Assembly (NCBI GenBank): GCA_017654855.1
Contig: CM030337.1
Coordinates: 496,001 to 560,000, forward strand
Length of the DNA stretch: 64,000 nucleotides
Direction of reading: 5' to 3'
From: Podospora anserina
Taxonomy: Eukaryota
Below are positions 25,385 to 37,731 of this stretch, piece after piece (the stretch's first letter is position 1; each line of letters opens with the position of its first letter). The notes under the pieces were generated by a model, which saw only the letters and a list, made by a program, of their open reading frames with translations, did no database searches and was not told the origin of the DNA. Both the position numbers and the translations under genes were made by a program.

Positions 25385-26518
25385 AAGAAAAGGTTTCATG
25401 ATATCCAGTAGCTTAGGCGTGTAGCAAAATGAAACAACGTTGGACGAATAGTGTATCAATGCTGCGAAATTTTGGTTTTATTTTATTTTCTATTTACCCT
25501 GTTTTGCGGCAGCCTAGATGGTGGTTATTGTCAGAACGTTGGCTTGTATTGTTGGAGCAACAGCTGGGTAACTAAAAAGGGGTTAACAAGGGGCACACAC
25601 CAGGTAACAATTCTTCAACGCCATAAATTCTTTGGCACATTGGTTCTTGTGTACGGAATTGTAGTCGGCAACCACACATTGACCATATACGGTAGCCTGC
25701 TTCCATTGTTAGTTTGTGTCCCGAGTTTCAAGATGTTTGCTCCGTGGTTGCCCCACCTCAGCAGTGCATTTTGACACAGCTTGAGCGAACCGTTGGATGG
25801 GACGAGTCTTTTGGGTCATGCTTGCGTTTGCTGCCCAATTTAAAGCTTGAGCCGGAACAGCTATTAAGTCGAGATGGGTGTCGAGGGCCTGTCTGAAACT
25901 GCTTGAACTGTCGACTCGAGGACTTGAGAGAATGAGTGGTTCACGAGGGTTCGGGTTCCCCTATCCCGTCTTGCATGACGTTTGACTTGCTTCTTGTCGA
26001 AGGTCTTGGCATCTCGAAGGCGCGCACTGGCCCGCCGTTTACTGGATTCTGCCCTAGCGCGCCAAACAAAGCTCCCAACCCTTCCTGTCCAATCATTGCT
26101 GGCCATCGAGGCCCAGCCATATGGATTACCTACCTTATGTCACGCCCGTCGCTTTACGCGACTTTTGAGGCTTCACCATCCGCGACTTCGACACGCGCCC
26201 CCCCTTCCCCCCCGTCCCCTGCCGGCCGACCATCCATTGCACCTCCTTTTTTTCCTTCTCCACGCATCTATTGGGCGCCTTTTTTGTCACTGCCGTTGCT
26301 GTGCCGCCGGTGCTTTCGCGACTCCAAATCAAGGCCGAGCCCGGCTTGTGCATTTGCTGCGATTCATTGTTTTTTTTTGTCGGCCAAGACACACGCCTTG
26401 TTTAGCACCAACTATTGCTGTACGCTTTTGCTTGTAATTTACGAACAAGACAACACATTTTCGAATTGTATCAGCCCACGTCAAAGTCTATCATGCCTTG
26501 GAGGTGGCGCCCTCTCCC

Positions 26519-29500
26519 ATGCCGCCTCACTCCTCTCTGCCCCTCCGAGACGGCAGGGCTGGGCCTCCGCTTCCTTCTTCTTCCAACACGTTTGTCAACA
26601 GCAATAGCAGTCAGCTCCACGAGCCGTATTCAGATGAAGGTTGGTTTCTCTTGAAGCTTTTGCGCCGCGCCCACTGAAGCTAACCTTGACCTCGCGCTCC
26701 AGACATTGAGCTTATCCACGAGATCGTCGCATTGGGAGAGTCCATCTTCCCTACCCTACCAGAACGAGACAAACTACCTACAGAAGCCCTCTTCCGCGCG
26801 GCAGAGGAGATCCTCCCCAACCATGGCTACGATCCAGATGACCCTCCCTCCCACATCTCGCGCCTCATCTTTAAGATTGGGGGGCAGCGATCGGGGGAGA
26901 CGCTCAGCCACAAGTTTAGAACCGTCTTAGAAGGAATGGGTATCAAACTTGAGTTTGTTCCGAGCAGTCCACCCACCAGACCTGACTCACTTCGATCTTT
27001 TCCACTCACCGAGGAAGAAACCACGGTCGAACTCGAGCTTGGCACCACCCCCCGCCGGCAACAGTTGCCACAGCAGAGGCGGCGCAGGCATAGTTCTGTC
27101 TCCCGTCGAAGCGATAGAACCGTTGTGTCGGATGAAGGGACTTCTGAACTACCTATTCGCGCACGATCGCGACCGAGATCTCACTCGGTATCGTTCTTGG
27201 ACGAACCAGGGCGCGATCATTCGGACGACGAATCAACGCGCCCGTTCAGCCGCTTGGGAAGGGACGGAAGAGTGGTCCACGCCAACCCACGGCCGGTACT
27301 CAAAGCAACGACAAAGGAAAATATCAAGAACTGGAGCTCGGCCACGAGGGAAGCCACGAGGAACAGGGAAGCCCTGCGGCGCATTACGAATTGGCGCCGG
27401 GAAAACGAACAAGCGAGCAATGACGAGCTGGAGGACGCGACTGAAAATGCGGTAGAGAATCAGCGACCCAAACAAGGCGGGCCGCACATTCCAGCGCATT
27501 TTCGCGCGCATGTCCCGATCAAGGAGGTTGTGAATCTCCCGCGTGATTTGGGAAGTACCCGGCCACATACGACCACTGCCGGAAACGGTGTCAACAAAGG
27601 ACGGCCCGCATCCCCTTCCACCATCGCGGATACTGAGCCGGTGTACGACTCGCCTCGCTCCGACGACATCATCAACGGAGCACGACGTGTGAGCGACTCG
27701 ACCGCTCCGACCCAGGACGACGACCGGCCCCGACAGCAGGAATCTTCCGCATTGTCCCATGGAGATCGTTCCGCCGTGGATATCCAGGCCCTGGAGGCGA
27801 AATTGGCGCAGCTCAAGATGGCCGAGGACGAGGCACTCGTCAAGGATGCCTTCAAGACGTGGGAATACTACTTCCAAATCGTCCAGGATACGAACCGTGA
27901 ACTCTTGGCCGTTGCCGAGGATGTCGAGGACCGCGACCTCAAGAATGAGGTCATTGAGGTTTGGAAGAAAGAATACTGGGCCCTCCTGGAGGAACAGGCC
28001 AATATCCAGGCGTTTGTCGAGCACCGGGAGTACACCGAGCGCATGGAAAAACGCGCGACAAGGGTATACGAGATCTACACTGTTCGTACCACGATCACGT
28101 TCTGGCACGGCTTTGCGCTGGATGAACGCGACCGGACCGCGGTAGCCCGAAGACATCTGGTGCGCAAGAAGGCTTTTGAAGCCTGGCGCCAGCAGCTCAT
28201 CGAGGACGAGGCCAAGGTTACCAACTTTATCCTGATGCATGCGCTGCAGAAATGGAGCCAGACTACCCTGCTTTCCGAGGTTCGCCATAGGGTGGCGATC
28301 AAGACGGACCAGCATGCCCTCATCAAGGAATGTCTGGGCATCATGCAGGAAACTCAAAAGATGCATCTTGCGGACACACTCTGGTCGGTTCGGATCTTCA
28401 AGTTCAGCCTGAACACCTGGCTCGACAGGGCGAATGATGCTATGGATCAGCACGAGCTAGCCATTGACGTGGACGAGAGACTTGTGCTCGACGAGGCAAC
28501 CGGCATCTGGCACGAAGAAACCCTCTACCTCCAGGACACGGCAATGGAAGCCACCGTCGAGGGACTGAGACAGGAATGCCGCAGGACCATGGCATACTGG
28601 CAGGAGCAGGCAAGGCTCAATAAACTTCTGAGATGGTATCAAGATGCCGACGAGGAAGACACAAGGTATCACGTTTTGGATACGTGGTATTCGGCCTTTC
28701 AAGGGGCTCTTCAGGATGCCGAAGATGCTGACGCGATTCTGCTCAGAGAACCTCTCAACCGGTGGGAGAACGTGACGAAGCTCAAGATGTTTACCGAGCG
28801 CGATGACCAGTACACGATACTCGACGTGCTGTCGCATTGGGCGAACGAGGAACGGCTCGGGTTCTGGAGACGTTACACGGACGAGTTGGCGATGGAGGGG
28901 ACGCTCAAGCAGGTGCAGGCTGCTGCTGTTAGGTCGCAGAACGAACGAGCGGTTGACGAACGAAAGGCCATCAGCATGGATAACTATTATGTGTGGGGTG
29001 ATGTGGTGGATGAGTGGTTGATGGCGCTGGATGTGGGGGTGGCCTGGAAGCATCGACGGAATGCAGATGTGGTGAATATCTTTCGCACTTGCAGGCCGAT
29101 TGTGGATATGTGGCTGGATTACCACTGGGCGATTCTGGAGAGGGACCGTCGTGCTGCGAGACAGGCGGACAGCATGGTCAAGCGTTTCCGTGTTATTGGA
29201 ACACTGGACAAGTGGCCGGTCATTACGGAGAAGAAGCGAAGGGAGAGGTTGATGAGCTCGCTGCGGCAGTTTCGGCGCGATTACAAAGTCAAACTTGCGA
29301 GTTCCTGCTTGGAGTGGTGGTTTCACTTTGCTGGTGATCATGTGGACACTGGCAGATATGCTCATGATACCAATATTCACTATGAGAGTGAGGATATCAA
29401 CGGGCAACTCAATCACTGGCTCGAAGTTGCAAGGACAGCCGGAGATATGCAAGATGTGGCCGTGGACGCCGAATTGGAGGTCCATTGCAACAACTGGATA

Positions 29501-30280
29501 GAGGAGCTGCACGAAGCCCAGGCAAACGCTGAGTATGCCATCAACTATGACGAGGACAAGACTCTTGGTCAGTACTGGCAGGCTTGGGAGTTTGAGGCTC
29601 TGCAGCAGACAAGCAGGAACCGCATGGCTCTCACGGTCAAGGAAAGAAACGACAAGCGTTGGTGCAGCCAGATCTTGGACGAGTGGCAGCAGGAGGCCAA
29701 TCCGGAAATGACACAGCTTGATCCGAGAGCCAGCATCATGTCCCGCCGCAGCAACAGGACTCGGACCCACGGGTCCGGAGATGATACCCTCGGCCCAGGC
29801 GGCTTCACAGCAAGCCGGCTGGTCACCGTCAACACCAGCACCCTCCCCGACCGTTCTCGCTTCTCCCGCCCTACCTACCCAGAAACACCCCGTGTTCCAA
29901 CTGTCTCCCAACTCGGCCGCAACCCACCACTCTCTGCTCGCTTCTCCACTCGCTCCAGAAGTCTTGGCCCAATGCTCGAATTTGACGAGACTAGCTTCTT
30001 GCCTGATGCTGAGACCAATGATCCTGGGTTCATGAGCACTCCCACGAGAAGGACTAGCACTTTGCGGCCGTTGGGTTATCGACCCACGACTACCCCGTCT
30101 GCTATCCTCCCCAGCCCCTTGGAGCGGGGATTGAGGAGTGAGTACGGCGCGAACGGTAGCTTGGGAAGTACTCCAGGGATCATCAGGTCGAGGCTGGGCC
30201 AGCCGCCGTTCAGGGGGAGCACGTTGAGGACGAGGGTCGAGTTTGCGGATATCAGTGAGGCTAGTGCTGAGGATCAGTAG
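26519..30280 (+). CDS. SFI1: Sfi1 spindle-pole-body half-bridge (centrin-binding) protein; exons 26519..26639 and 26703..30280
   Basis: Central helical region with regularly spaced Trp, typical of Sfi1 repeats (AFKTW, AFEAW, ALQKW, SLNTW, VLDTW, ILDEW). N-terminal ALFRAAEEILP...YDP block and C-terminal FMSTPTRR. Intron 26640..26702 (GTTGGT...CTAAC...CAG) joins in frame. Confidence 0.8.
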
Positions 30281-31258
30281 TCATTCCTCTGTGGCGCCGC
30301 TCTGGTATAGATACGATGTACGAGTCGCTGTGTGTGTGTTACAAGACGGGACTGGGTGTCTGTTTCTAGCGTCTTGTTTATACTGTTTGTTTTTGTTACT
30401 TTGAATGCTGGCTGCGTGGTTTGGTTTTGGATATACCCCAGGGCTCTAAAAAAGCAAAGGTTTTTTTCTTTCTCTTTCGGTGGAAAGTCTTTTTTTTTCT
30501 TTTCTCTTTTTCAATATTTGTTTATTTTTGGGTTTGCATGGCATGGATTGGCGGCATTTTTTTGGTCGACTACAACGGGAGACTCACACTATAACAAATC
30601 GCATGGCGAGCGAGGCGTAAGGTTTATGGGTTTGAAGCTGGGGAAGGGTGGTGGTAGGGGCGGTGTTGGTTGGTTTAAACGTAGGGTTTTTCATGGTATA
30701 CAATGGGAGTTGAATCTGGATATGGGAGGAGGGGTTTTGACAGATGTAGGAAGGGTATAAGTGTAGGGTGTAGAATATCTAGTTGGGTGGTATATTGTCT
30801 GGCGGGTTGAAGGGGGGAGAGGGGGTGGTGCAAAGTACAATTCAAGATCATACCAAAGTGCACCGCCTATGGGAAATTGTGAGCTGAGAATAGTAGCGGC
30901 TGGCTTGGGAAGGCCAAACTCGGGGAGGGTCCATGACTGTTGGTTTAGCGGTCTTTCAATCGTCTCGACCTCGAGTGTCCAGCACCTTTCGTTGCCCTTC
31001 TCATTGACATGCCAGCCTGCTGAGTGCTGGAGGTTAAACCCGAAATGCCCCACTCCTCTTGGCAGCTGGCCCCAACTCCCAATTCTGCCATCGACCAATC
31101 ATATCCAGGCAGGCGGTCGGCAAGCCCGCACACAGGGCTCGCCAAATTTTTGACCAAAACCCACAACACCTCGCCACTTTATTTTCTCCTCCGTCAAGAT
31201 CACGGTGATCAATCAAGCAACCGAACTCCTTGTCCAAGTCGCCCAACGATCCGTCACA

Positions 31259-31789
31259 ATGGCCAAGGTCTCTACCAGTCAGTGCCATCTTCATCAATTA
31301 CCCATCAAACGATGCGATATTAACAATTGATTGCAGACGTTTCGTCCTCGAGACGCAAGTCTCGCAAGGCTCACTTCTCCGCGCCTTCCAGCGTTCGTCG
31401 CGATATCATGAGCGCTCCCCTCTCCAAGGAGCTCCGTGAGAAGTACAACGTATGTTCCTGCGACTTTCGCTTCTCAAAAATGATCGGGTAATTGACAATC
31501 TCAACAGGTCCGCTCCATCCCCATCCGCAAGGACGACGAGGTCACCATCGTTCGTGGCTCCCAGAAGGACAAGGAGGGCAAGGTCACCTCCGTCTACCGC
31601 CTCAAGTACGTCATCCACGTCGAGCGCGTCGTCCGCGAGAAGGCCACCGGTGCCGCCGTCCCCCTCGGCATCCACCCCTCCAACGTGGTCATCACCAAGC
31701 TCAAGCTCGACAAGGACCGTGAGGCCATCCTTGAGCGCATCAAGGCCGGCCGTGAGGCTTCCAAGCCCAAGGCCGCTGCCACTGCTTAA
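31259..31789 (+). CDS. RPL26: 60S ribosomal protein L26 (uL24); exons 31259..31277, 31337..31449 and 31508..31789
   Basis: Spliced product [81 protein letters not shown]...[16 protein letters not shown]. Extreme codon bias. Confidence 0.98.
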
Positions 31790-33168
31790 GCGGTGACAAC
31801 ATGAGACCTTGAATGCAAAAAAATTAAACGACAAAAATTTTCTCGGTTCGGCTGGTCGAGATTCGATACCCCCCTTTCTCTCAACAATCTCGGTCGGTAC
31901 TCTGGCGTCAAATCGGTTGCTTGCGAAATTACGGATATCTTGGGACAGGGAAAATCACAGGGACGGATCTAGAAGACACCATCACCTCAACAGGGTTTTG
32001 AGGGAGAGAGAGACAGAATCAACGAATCGAGACAATTTTTGTTCTCAATGGCCAATTTTCACTGTTTTCAAGTGATTATTGTTCCATGGGAGGTTTATCC
32101 CGAAGCCACATCTCTTGTCTCTTTGCATATTTTTTTGCCTTTGACTGGAAAGGCTTGCTGTATACTGCCTCGATTTCGTTGGTACTAACTTTTTAGGAGT
32201 CGTAAGCAAGACTGATGATCATGTTGGATCGGGATGTCTCGATGACGGTGAGTGTGTGTAGAGTAAAAAGATGATGAGATGTGATGATGACCGCCATATT
32301 ATCTCCTCGTTAGCACGGTATTTTCTCACGGCTTTCGAGGTAAACAATTGGCGAAGAACAAATCGGCACTTAACCTCTCGAAAGGGCCATGGTGCTCTCG
32401 CCTGCAGACTTCCTCGGAGAGATTATATCGATGAGAGAGGGGGTTTGATGGTGAGGGACATTTTATTGCCAAGGTAGAAGAAGAATTGAAAGAGTTGTTG
32501 CAAGTTGTGCTGGTTGATCTTGTGATGGCCTTGATGGTTGATATCGACCTTGTTTCGTGAGCTCATTGGGTGGTTGGTTGGGTGGGTGGTTGTGTTCTTT
32601 TCTGGAGGCAAGGTGGTGTAGTAGCATGTGGTGATGTCGCTAGACATCACCTGAAGTCGATGAACGGCACTCCAACAGGCAGACTACTTTACGCGTAAAG
32701 GCTTGTAGAGATGGATCATGTTCTCTGTTTGAGCCACCTTAATGATGATCTTCCGTCCGTCTCTTGAAGCACACGTCGTGTAACATAAAGCCCGGGTAGT
32801 CTGGAGGTATGATCAACACCGAAAACATGGTATATATCTCACTTTAGTGCAAAAAAAATAAAAAATCCATGAACAATCTCTAACATCAAAACGGCCTTTG
32901 CTTGTTTATACTTCTCAAATGGTATAATCTCAAATTAAAGAGAGAGACAACCAACTTCCATACAACATCAATCATACTTTCAAGCCAGTAACAGGTAGTA
33001 CTCCATTTACAAAAAGACAAACCAAAAAAAGGGTATCCTCAACATTTAAACAAACAAATAAAGAAACAAAGAGAAACATCCCAAATTTCCCATCCTAGGT
33101 CATTCCACATAAACCGCCCCCCAAATCTCCCTCCAAAAGCACCAGGCTCTTGTTCCCCCCCCCCCTAA

Positions 33169-34983
33169 TCATACCTCACCATCCCCCCTCCCACCCAAGG
33201 CAGATCCCTCTCCCCAACACGCGTACAAGTCAAATAACCCACCTGCCCACCCCTGCAACTCGAGCTCAAGCCCGCTCCCCATCAGCGGCCTCACCACCTC
33301 CCTCGCCATAGCCTTCAGCTCATCAATCCGCTTCTCGAACCTTCTCAAATTATCTCTCGAGTACAGGTCCGGCGTCAGCTTCAGAAACCTCTTACACTCG
33401 TCATGCGTCAGGTACCCTTTTTCGTTTTGGGTCGATCCCAGTATTCTATACGTCCTCCCCAAGGTAGCCAACGGAGGTACAGACGGAGGGGGAGGGTGAA
33501 AGTGGACGTTCCTCTGGGCAGAATTGCTGTTGCCGTTCGAGCTCGCAGGAACAAGAGCGCCCGCCGCCGAGGACGACGACGAAGAAGAAGAGTTATTCCT
33601 ATGGCGGCCGCTGCTCCCCGAATTTCCATTTGTAAGTGCCGTGTGGGAGGACCTTCCCGTCCGTTCTGGTGGTGGCGGGGGAGGAGGCGGCGGAGGGGTG
33701 GTGTTATCCGCCAGCCAGGTGCGAAACAGACTAACCGCCAGCCAGTCGAGATAATTCGTCCCTGGTGAAACCCTCTCCCCCGAAGATCGATTCGTCAGAG
33801 TGAGTCGGAACAACCTCGCCTCGATTCGGGACACCGTCTCCTCTAGCTCGTCGACCTTGTCTTCTATTATGTCTATTACCGTCTCCGGGAAGGCAGCCCT
33901 AATGGAGCGCTCGCCTGCGGGCCATTGACCGACAACGTGGACCAACGCTTCTTGAAAGATGACTTTTGACCTGGCGAGGTAGCCTAGCCGGAGGTAGGAG
34001 ATGGGGTATTTTGCTATTTGCTTCCAGAGGCGGGATTGGAACTGGAGCATGTGGTGGTCGACCCGCGGGCCGACGACGGCGAGGGCGTCGTATTGGTCGG
34101 CAAGGTTGAGCAATGATTTGCATTGGATGTAGGCGTCTGCTATGTTGATCGGGTCGAGGGTGGGGGCGTAGTTGTACATGATCCTGAACAGGTTGTCGTA
34201 GTCGCGCAGGAGGTCTTCTTCGGCTGGTGTTGGTGGTGGGAGGGATGGCGCGTGGTTGCCGGATGACGACAGACTGAGGTTGGCGACAGATCGAAAGAAA
34301 GAGTGCGATGTTGATTTACTGCTGTGATGTCGGCTGGAGGAGTGTGAGGGTGGTGGTCCGCCAAAAAGCGAATTGGTCGTCGGGGGCGGGCCTCGCTCCT
34401 CCTTTTGCACCAGCATGGGAATATCGTCGCCCCCTGACCCAAAGTCTAATTCATATCTCCATCTCTTCTTCACCGGCGTCAGCGATGCAGACGATGGTTT
34501 CCCAACCGCACCTCCATCATGGCTCCCCACAATCCCTTGGTCCTCTATCCTTGTCAGCTGCTGCGACGCTCCTGCCGGCTTGACTCCCTCGATTGCGCCG
34601 GCAGTGGGAGGTGCTGGTAGCGACGGCGGAGTATTCTCGGGGACTGTTTGCGCTCGCGACCATTCATTGCTGGTGCTGATTTCGAAAAACCCAGAGCATC
34701 GGGTCAGGGTATGTCGGTGAAGGAGGTATCGATTCTCGTGGCCGGATGCGACACGCACCAGGATTTCGACATCGCCGCTGTGACTGAAGACGGGGAACTC
34801 ATTCTGCGGAACGAACGAGGTGCCACCAGCATGAGACCGATTGTAGCGTCTCGAGCGCGACGAGACATGTGAAGCTGCCGCGCGGGGGGCGCCGGTCTCT
34901 CTCCTTCGGTCGCTTGCCTCCACGGCGGATGAGGTCCCCCGCAGTGCCAGGACCGTGGGCCCGTCGCCGTGATGCGACACCAT
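33169..34983 (-). CDS. Conserved fungal protein with a BTB/POZ-like N-terminal region; last ~28 codons probably frameshifted
   Basis: 604-codon ORF with DVEILVR...YLLHRHTLTRCSGFF, YDNLFRIMYNY and SKVIFQEALVHVVGQWP blocks. The expected terminal motif YLTCTRV..RDLPW lies in the +1 frame. Confidence 0.8.
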   Translation of the reverse strand: MVSHHGDGPTVLALRGTSSAVEASDRRRETGAPRAAASHVSSRSRRYNRSHAGGTSFVPQNEFPVFSHSGDVEILVRVASGHENRYLLHRHTLTRCSGFFEISTSNEWSRAQTVPENTPPSLPAPPTAGAIEGVKPAGASQQLTRIEDQGIVGSHDGGAVGKPSSASLTPVKKRWRYELDFGSGGDDIPMLVQKEERGPPPTTNSLFGGPPPSHSSSRHHSSKSTSHSFFRSVANLSLSSSGNHAPSLPPPTPAEEDLLRDYDNLFRIMYNYAPTLDPINIADAYIQCKSLLNLADQYDALAVVGPRVDHHMLQFQSRLWKQIAKYPISYLRLGYLARSKVIFQEALVHVVGQWPAGERSIRAAFPETVIDIIEDKVDELEETVSRIEARLFRLTLTNRSSGERVSPGTNYLDWLAVSLFRTWLADNTTPPPPPPPPPPERTGRSSHTALTNGNSGSSGRHRNNSSSSSSSSAAGALVPASSNGNSNSAQRNVHFHPPPPSVPPLATLGRTYRILGSTQNEKGYLTHDECKRFLKLTPDLYSRDNLRRFEKRIDELKAMAREVVRPLMGSGLELELQGWAGGLFDLYACWGEGSALGGRGDGEV

Positions 34984-36798
34984 GAATGCTGGCGGTGGTG
35001 TGCCAAAATCCCGGGTGTCTGTTGCTTCCCCCCTCTTCCGCTTTGCTCGGTCTGCTGTTATAGCTCGTGCGACGATAACAAAATGCTCTCCCGACTAGTA
35101 TCCTTCTGATCCTGCTCCCCTGGCTGCCTCCGTCTAACGATGTCACTGTTATTGGTGTGAGCTCCTCTGACAGCTGGCACCTGGCCGGCAAACTTGGAGA
35201 GAGGTCGCACTAAGAGGGGTCGAAGCTGCAGGCAAGGCAGAGCGGGCAGTCTTCGAGGTTGTTGGGTGCGCGCGCGCTCAAGGTCAACGCTGCAAGGCAA
35301 AGCCAAAAAAAAACAAAACAAACGATAGAAAGAGGGGAGAAGGAGGTGAAAAAGCAGGCAATCCTACCCCTTGCTGACGATTGCGTGAGAGGGAAAAAAA
35401 AAGAGACAGGGGATGTGCCCAGGTGGTATCTTCCTGGGCTTGTGACTCTGTGGACTCGGCAGGTCGAGGCAGCGGAGTGAGGCAACGGCAAGGTTGCGAG
35501 GCGGTGTTTCTTGCTTTGCTTTCCCAGCCCACCAGGGCAGACCAGTCCCGCCCCGGTTGTCGACGGCGAACGAAAACTTGAGAGGGAAAATAAGAGCTGC
35601 TCTTTCGCAGACCTACGGGTTTCGCCACCACCAGGGGAATGGGTGAGTGGACAGCCAGCTCTAGGTCTTCTGCCGACCCCCAAGGCAAGCAAGCGATTGG
35701 TGGTGAGGTGACGGTCGACCTGACCTAGGTTGGCTGCCCTTGGTCTGTTGTTGCAGAAGGGATTGGTCCAGGATAACCATATGGGAAAAACCATAGAAGA
35801 AATAAAAGACAGGAAGGAGAAGATGAAACAAAGGAAAATCAAGAACAGGCTTCTGTTGTTGTTTACCTCACGTCGACACCCAGGTAGGTAGGGACCGGAT
35901 AGGCAATGTCCGCATAGCTATCATGCAGGACGCGCCGTGTCCGCGTTCTATTATTTACCAAGTCCACCGCCGTTCGCAGCACATCGGTATGTTTGTGGCC
36001 TTTCTCGGGAGGTTGGACTCGATTGGATGCCTGCTCCCTGCTTAGTCGAGTTTGTGTCCCCAGATGCCACCATTTCCATATTCCCGTTGCGGTGCATGGT
36101 AAAGTTGGTCAGTAGCGTGAGACCAAACCTGCTGGGCTCACTCACCTGACTCCCGATTCCGGCACCTCGAGTGTTCGGGACGGAGCTGAAGTGGTTTGGT
36201 AGGACAAAGATAAGCAGAGACGAGGTTGTGTCCAGAATCCACCTCTGTCAACTCGATAGTTTGTCTTTGGTGTTGGCCTTTTCTACCCAAGAATCTGTCT
36301 TGTTCGGGGCCGGAGGGCCATCAATTGCCATCAGCTGTCGGCCAGATGCCCGCATGCTTTAGCAAAAGAAGGGATGGCACCGCACACCAAAAACTCAATC
36401 ACCACCTGACATGCTCACTGACATAACCTCACACAAACCATCTGATGTCATCAAGACATGACTTGAGCGGGCCCTGTATGAGCCTGCAGCCTAATTCACG
36501 TTCACAAAGCTTCAAATCATAGTAGTAGTTTGATGGCAATTCAATTGCTTGCTAGTAATACACCTGATTGGTTAAAAACACATGGCTGAAGTGAAAATTG
36601 CCTTGAAATCCCCTGTTACCTTTTGAACCCCAGAACCCCTTGGAAATATGAGACGAATATGGTCGAAGAAATCGCATCGACGCCTGCCAGATTCAACGCC
36701 ATGCCGCCCACGCAACACTTCACCAGAAGCTGCGCTCAAAAGAATCCCATCCCGCCAACGCCAAAGCCAACAGAAGACGGTGAGTCGCAAATATGTGT

Positions 36799-37731
36799 TT
36801 AGTTCATGTCAATCTCAATCGAGGTGACGGGGCTGATGTGTGTCGCAAAAGAGGCGGTGGGCTGCAGAGGCCTGGGTGATTCAGAGGCTTCCATGGTGGC
36901 TGGCCCGTCAAAGGTAGGGGGTGAGGTCTTGAGGTTTTGAAGGGCGCGATCAGCTGTGGTGCTGACAAGACGCCCCTGACGAAGGTTTTCGGCGAATAAA
37001 AAGTAACCTTCGGATGCTTCGACCAAGTATGATTGGAGGCCGCGGCTCTGGAGAAGAATCTTGGCGTTGGTGACAGGGTAATGATTGTCAATGAAGCGAG
37101 CCCAGCCTCGAGCAGCAGCTTGAATATGTTCGTCATCGCTGATCCGACTCCATCCAATGCCAAGATGAAGAGTGAAATCATCGACGATGGGCTGCCCAAG
37201 AGAGTCGGACGAACCCAGCAAGGGGCTGGAGGCGGCACGGGTAGGGCTGGCCCGTCTGCTAGGCGAACTGTCGTCCCGGCTCACTTCGAGGCGCTGAGAT
37301 TTGTGACTTCTGAGAGAGGGTCTGGACTGAGACAGTTGCTGCTGAGCAAGAACCGCAGCTTCCATCTTGCGCGCTTCTTCTTTGGCGACCTGTTCCTCTA
37401 CCCAAGTGCCAGATTGACTGCTGGCATCCGCGACGTAGGCAGAACTCTTCTTGATGAGAGTCATGCCAGGGCCGTAGACGTACTCCTCTTCTGGGGTCTT
37501 GATGACAGGAGCGTCAACCACCTTCTCGGGGGGGTCAAGATTGACAGCAGCCTCGTCCCTGGATCTCTTGCGACCGGCGACTGACGAAGGGCTGCGAGCG
37601 AAATAGGCATTGTTGAGAGACATGGCTTGGTGTTGTTGGACAAAAGGCTTGCCGAGCGAGCCCTGGTGAACTGCCTGTGGTGACATGGCGAGAACCGGCG
37701 ATGAACCGTAGACGCGATCGAAAGACGGCAT
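36799..37731 (-). CDS. Conserved hypothetical fungal protein (~310 aa)
   Basis: ATG in good context (CCAAGATG). GRKRSRDE NLS-like motif and an ordered C-terminal block DDFTLHLGIGWSRIS...AAARGWARFIDNHYP...YFLFAENLRQGRLV. Confidence 0.8.
   Translation of the reverse strand: MPSFDRVYGSSPVLAMSPQAVHQGSLGKPFVQQHQAMSLNNAYFARSPSSVAGRKRSRDEAAVNLDPPEKVVDAPVIKTPEEEYVYGPGMTLIKKSSAYVADASSQSGTWVEEQVAKEEARKMEAAVLAQQQLSQSRPSLRSHKSQRLEVSRDDSSPSRRASPTRAASSPLLGSSDSLGQPIVDDFTLHLGIGWSRISDDEHIQAAARGWARFIDNHYPVTNAKILLQSRGLQSYLVEASEGYFLFAENLRQGRLVSTTADRALQNLKTSPPTFDGPATMEASESPRPLQPTASFATHISPVTSIEIDMN

Noticed and set aside
32076..33100. Short ORFs and TGATGA motifs between RPL26 and the BTB-like gene
   Set aside because: No coding bias, splice-supported model or paired C/D boxes. 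Treated as UTR or intergenic sequence.
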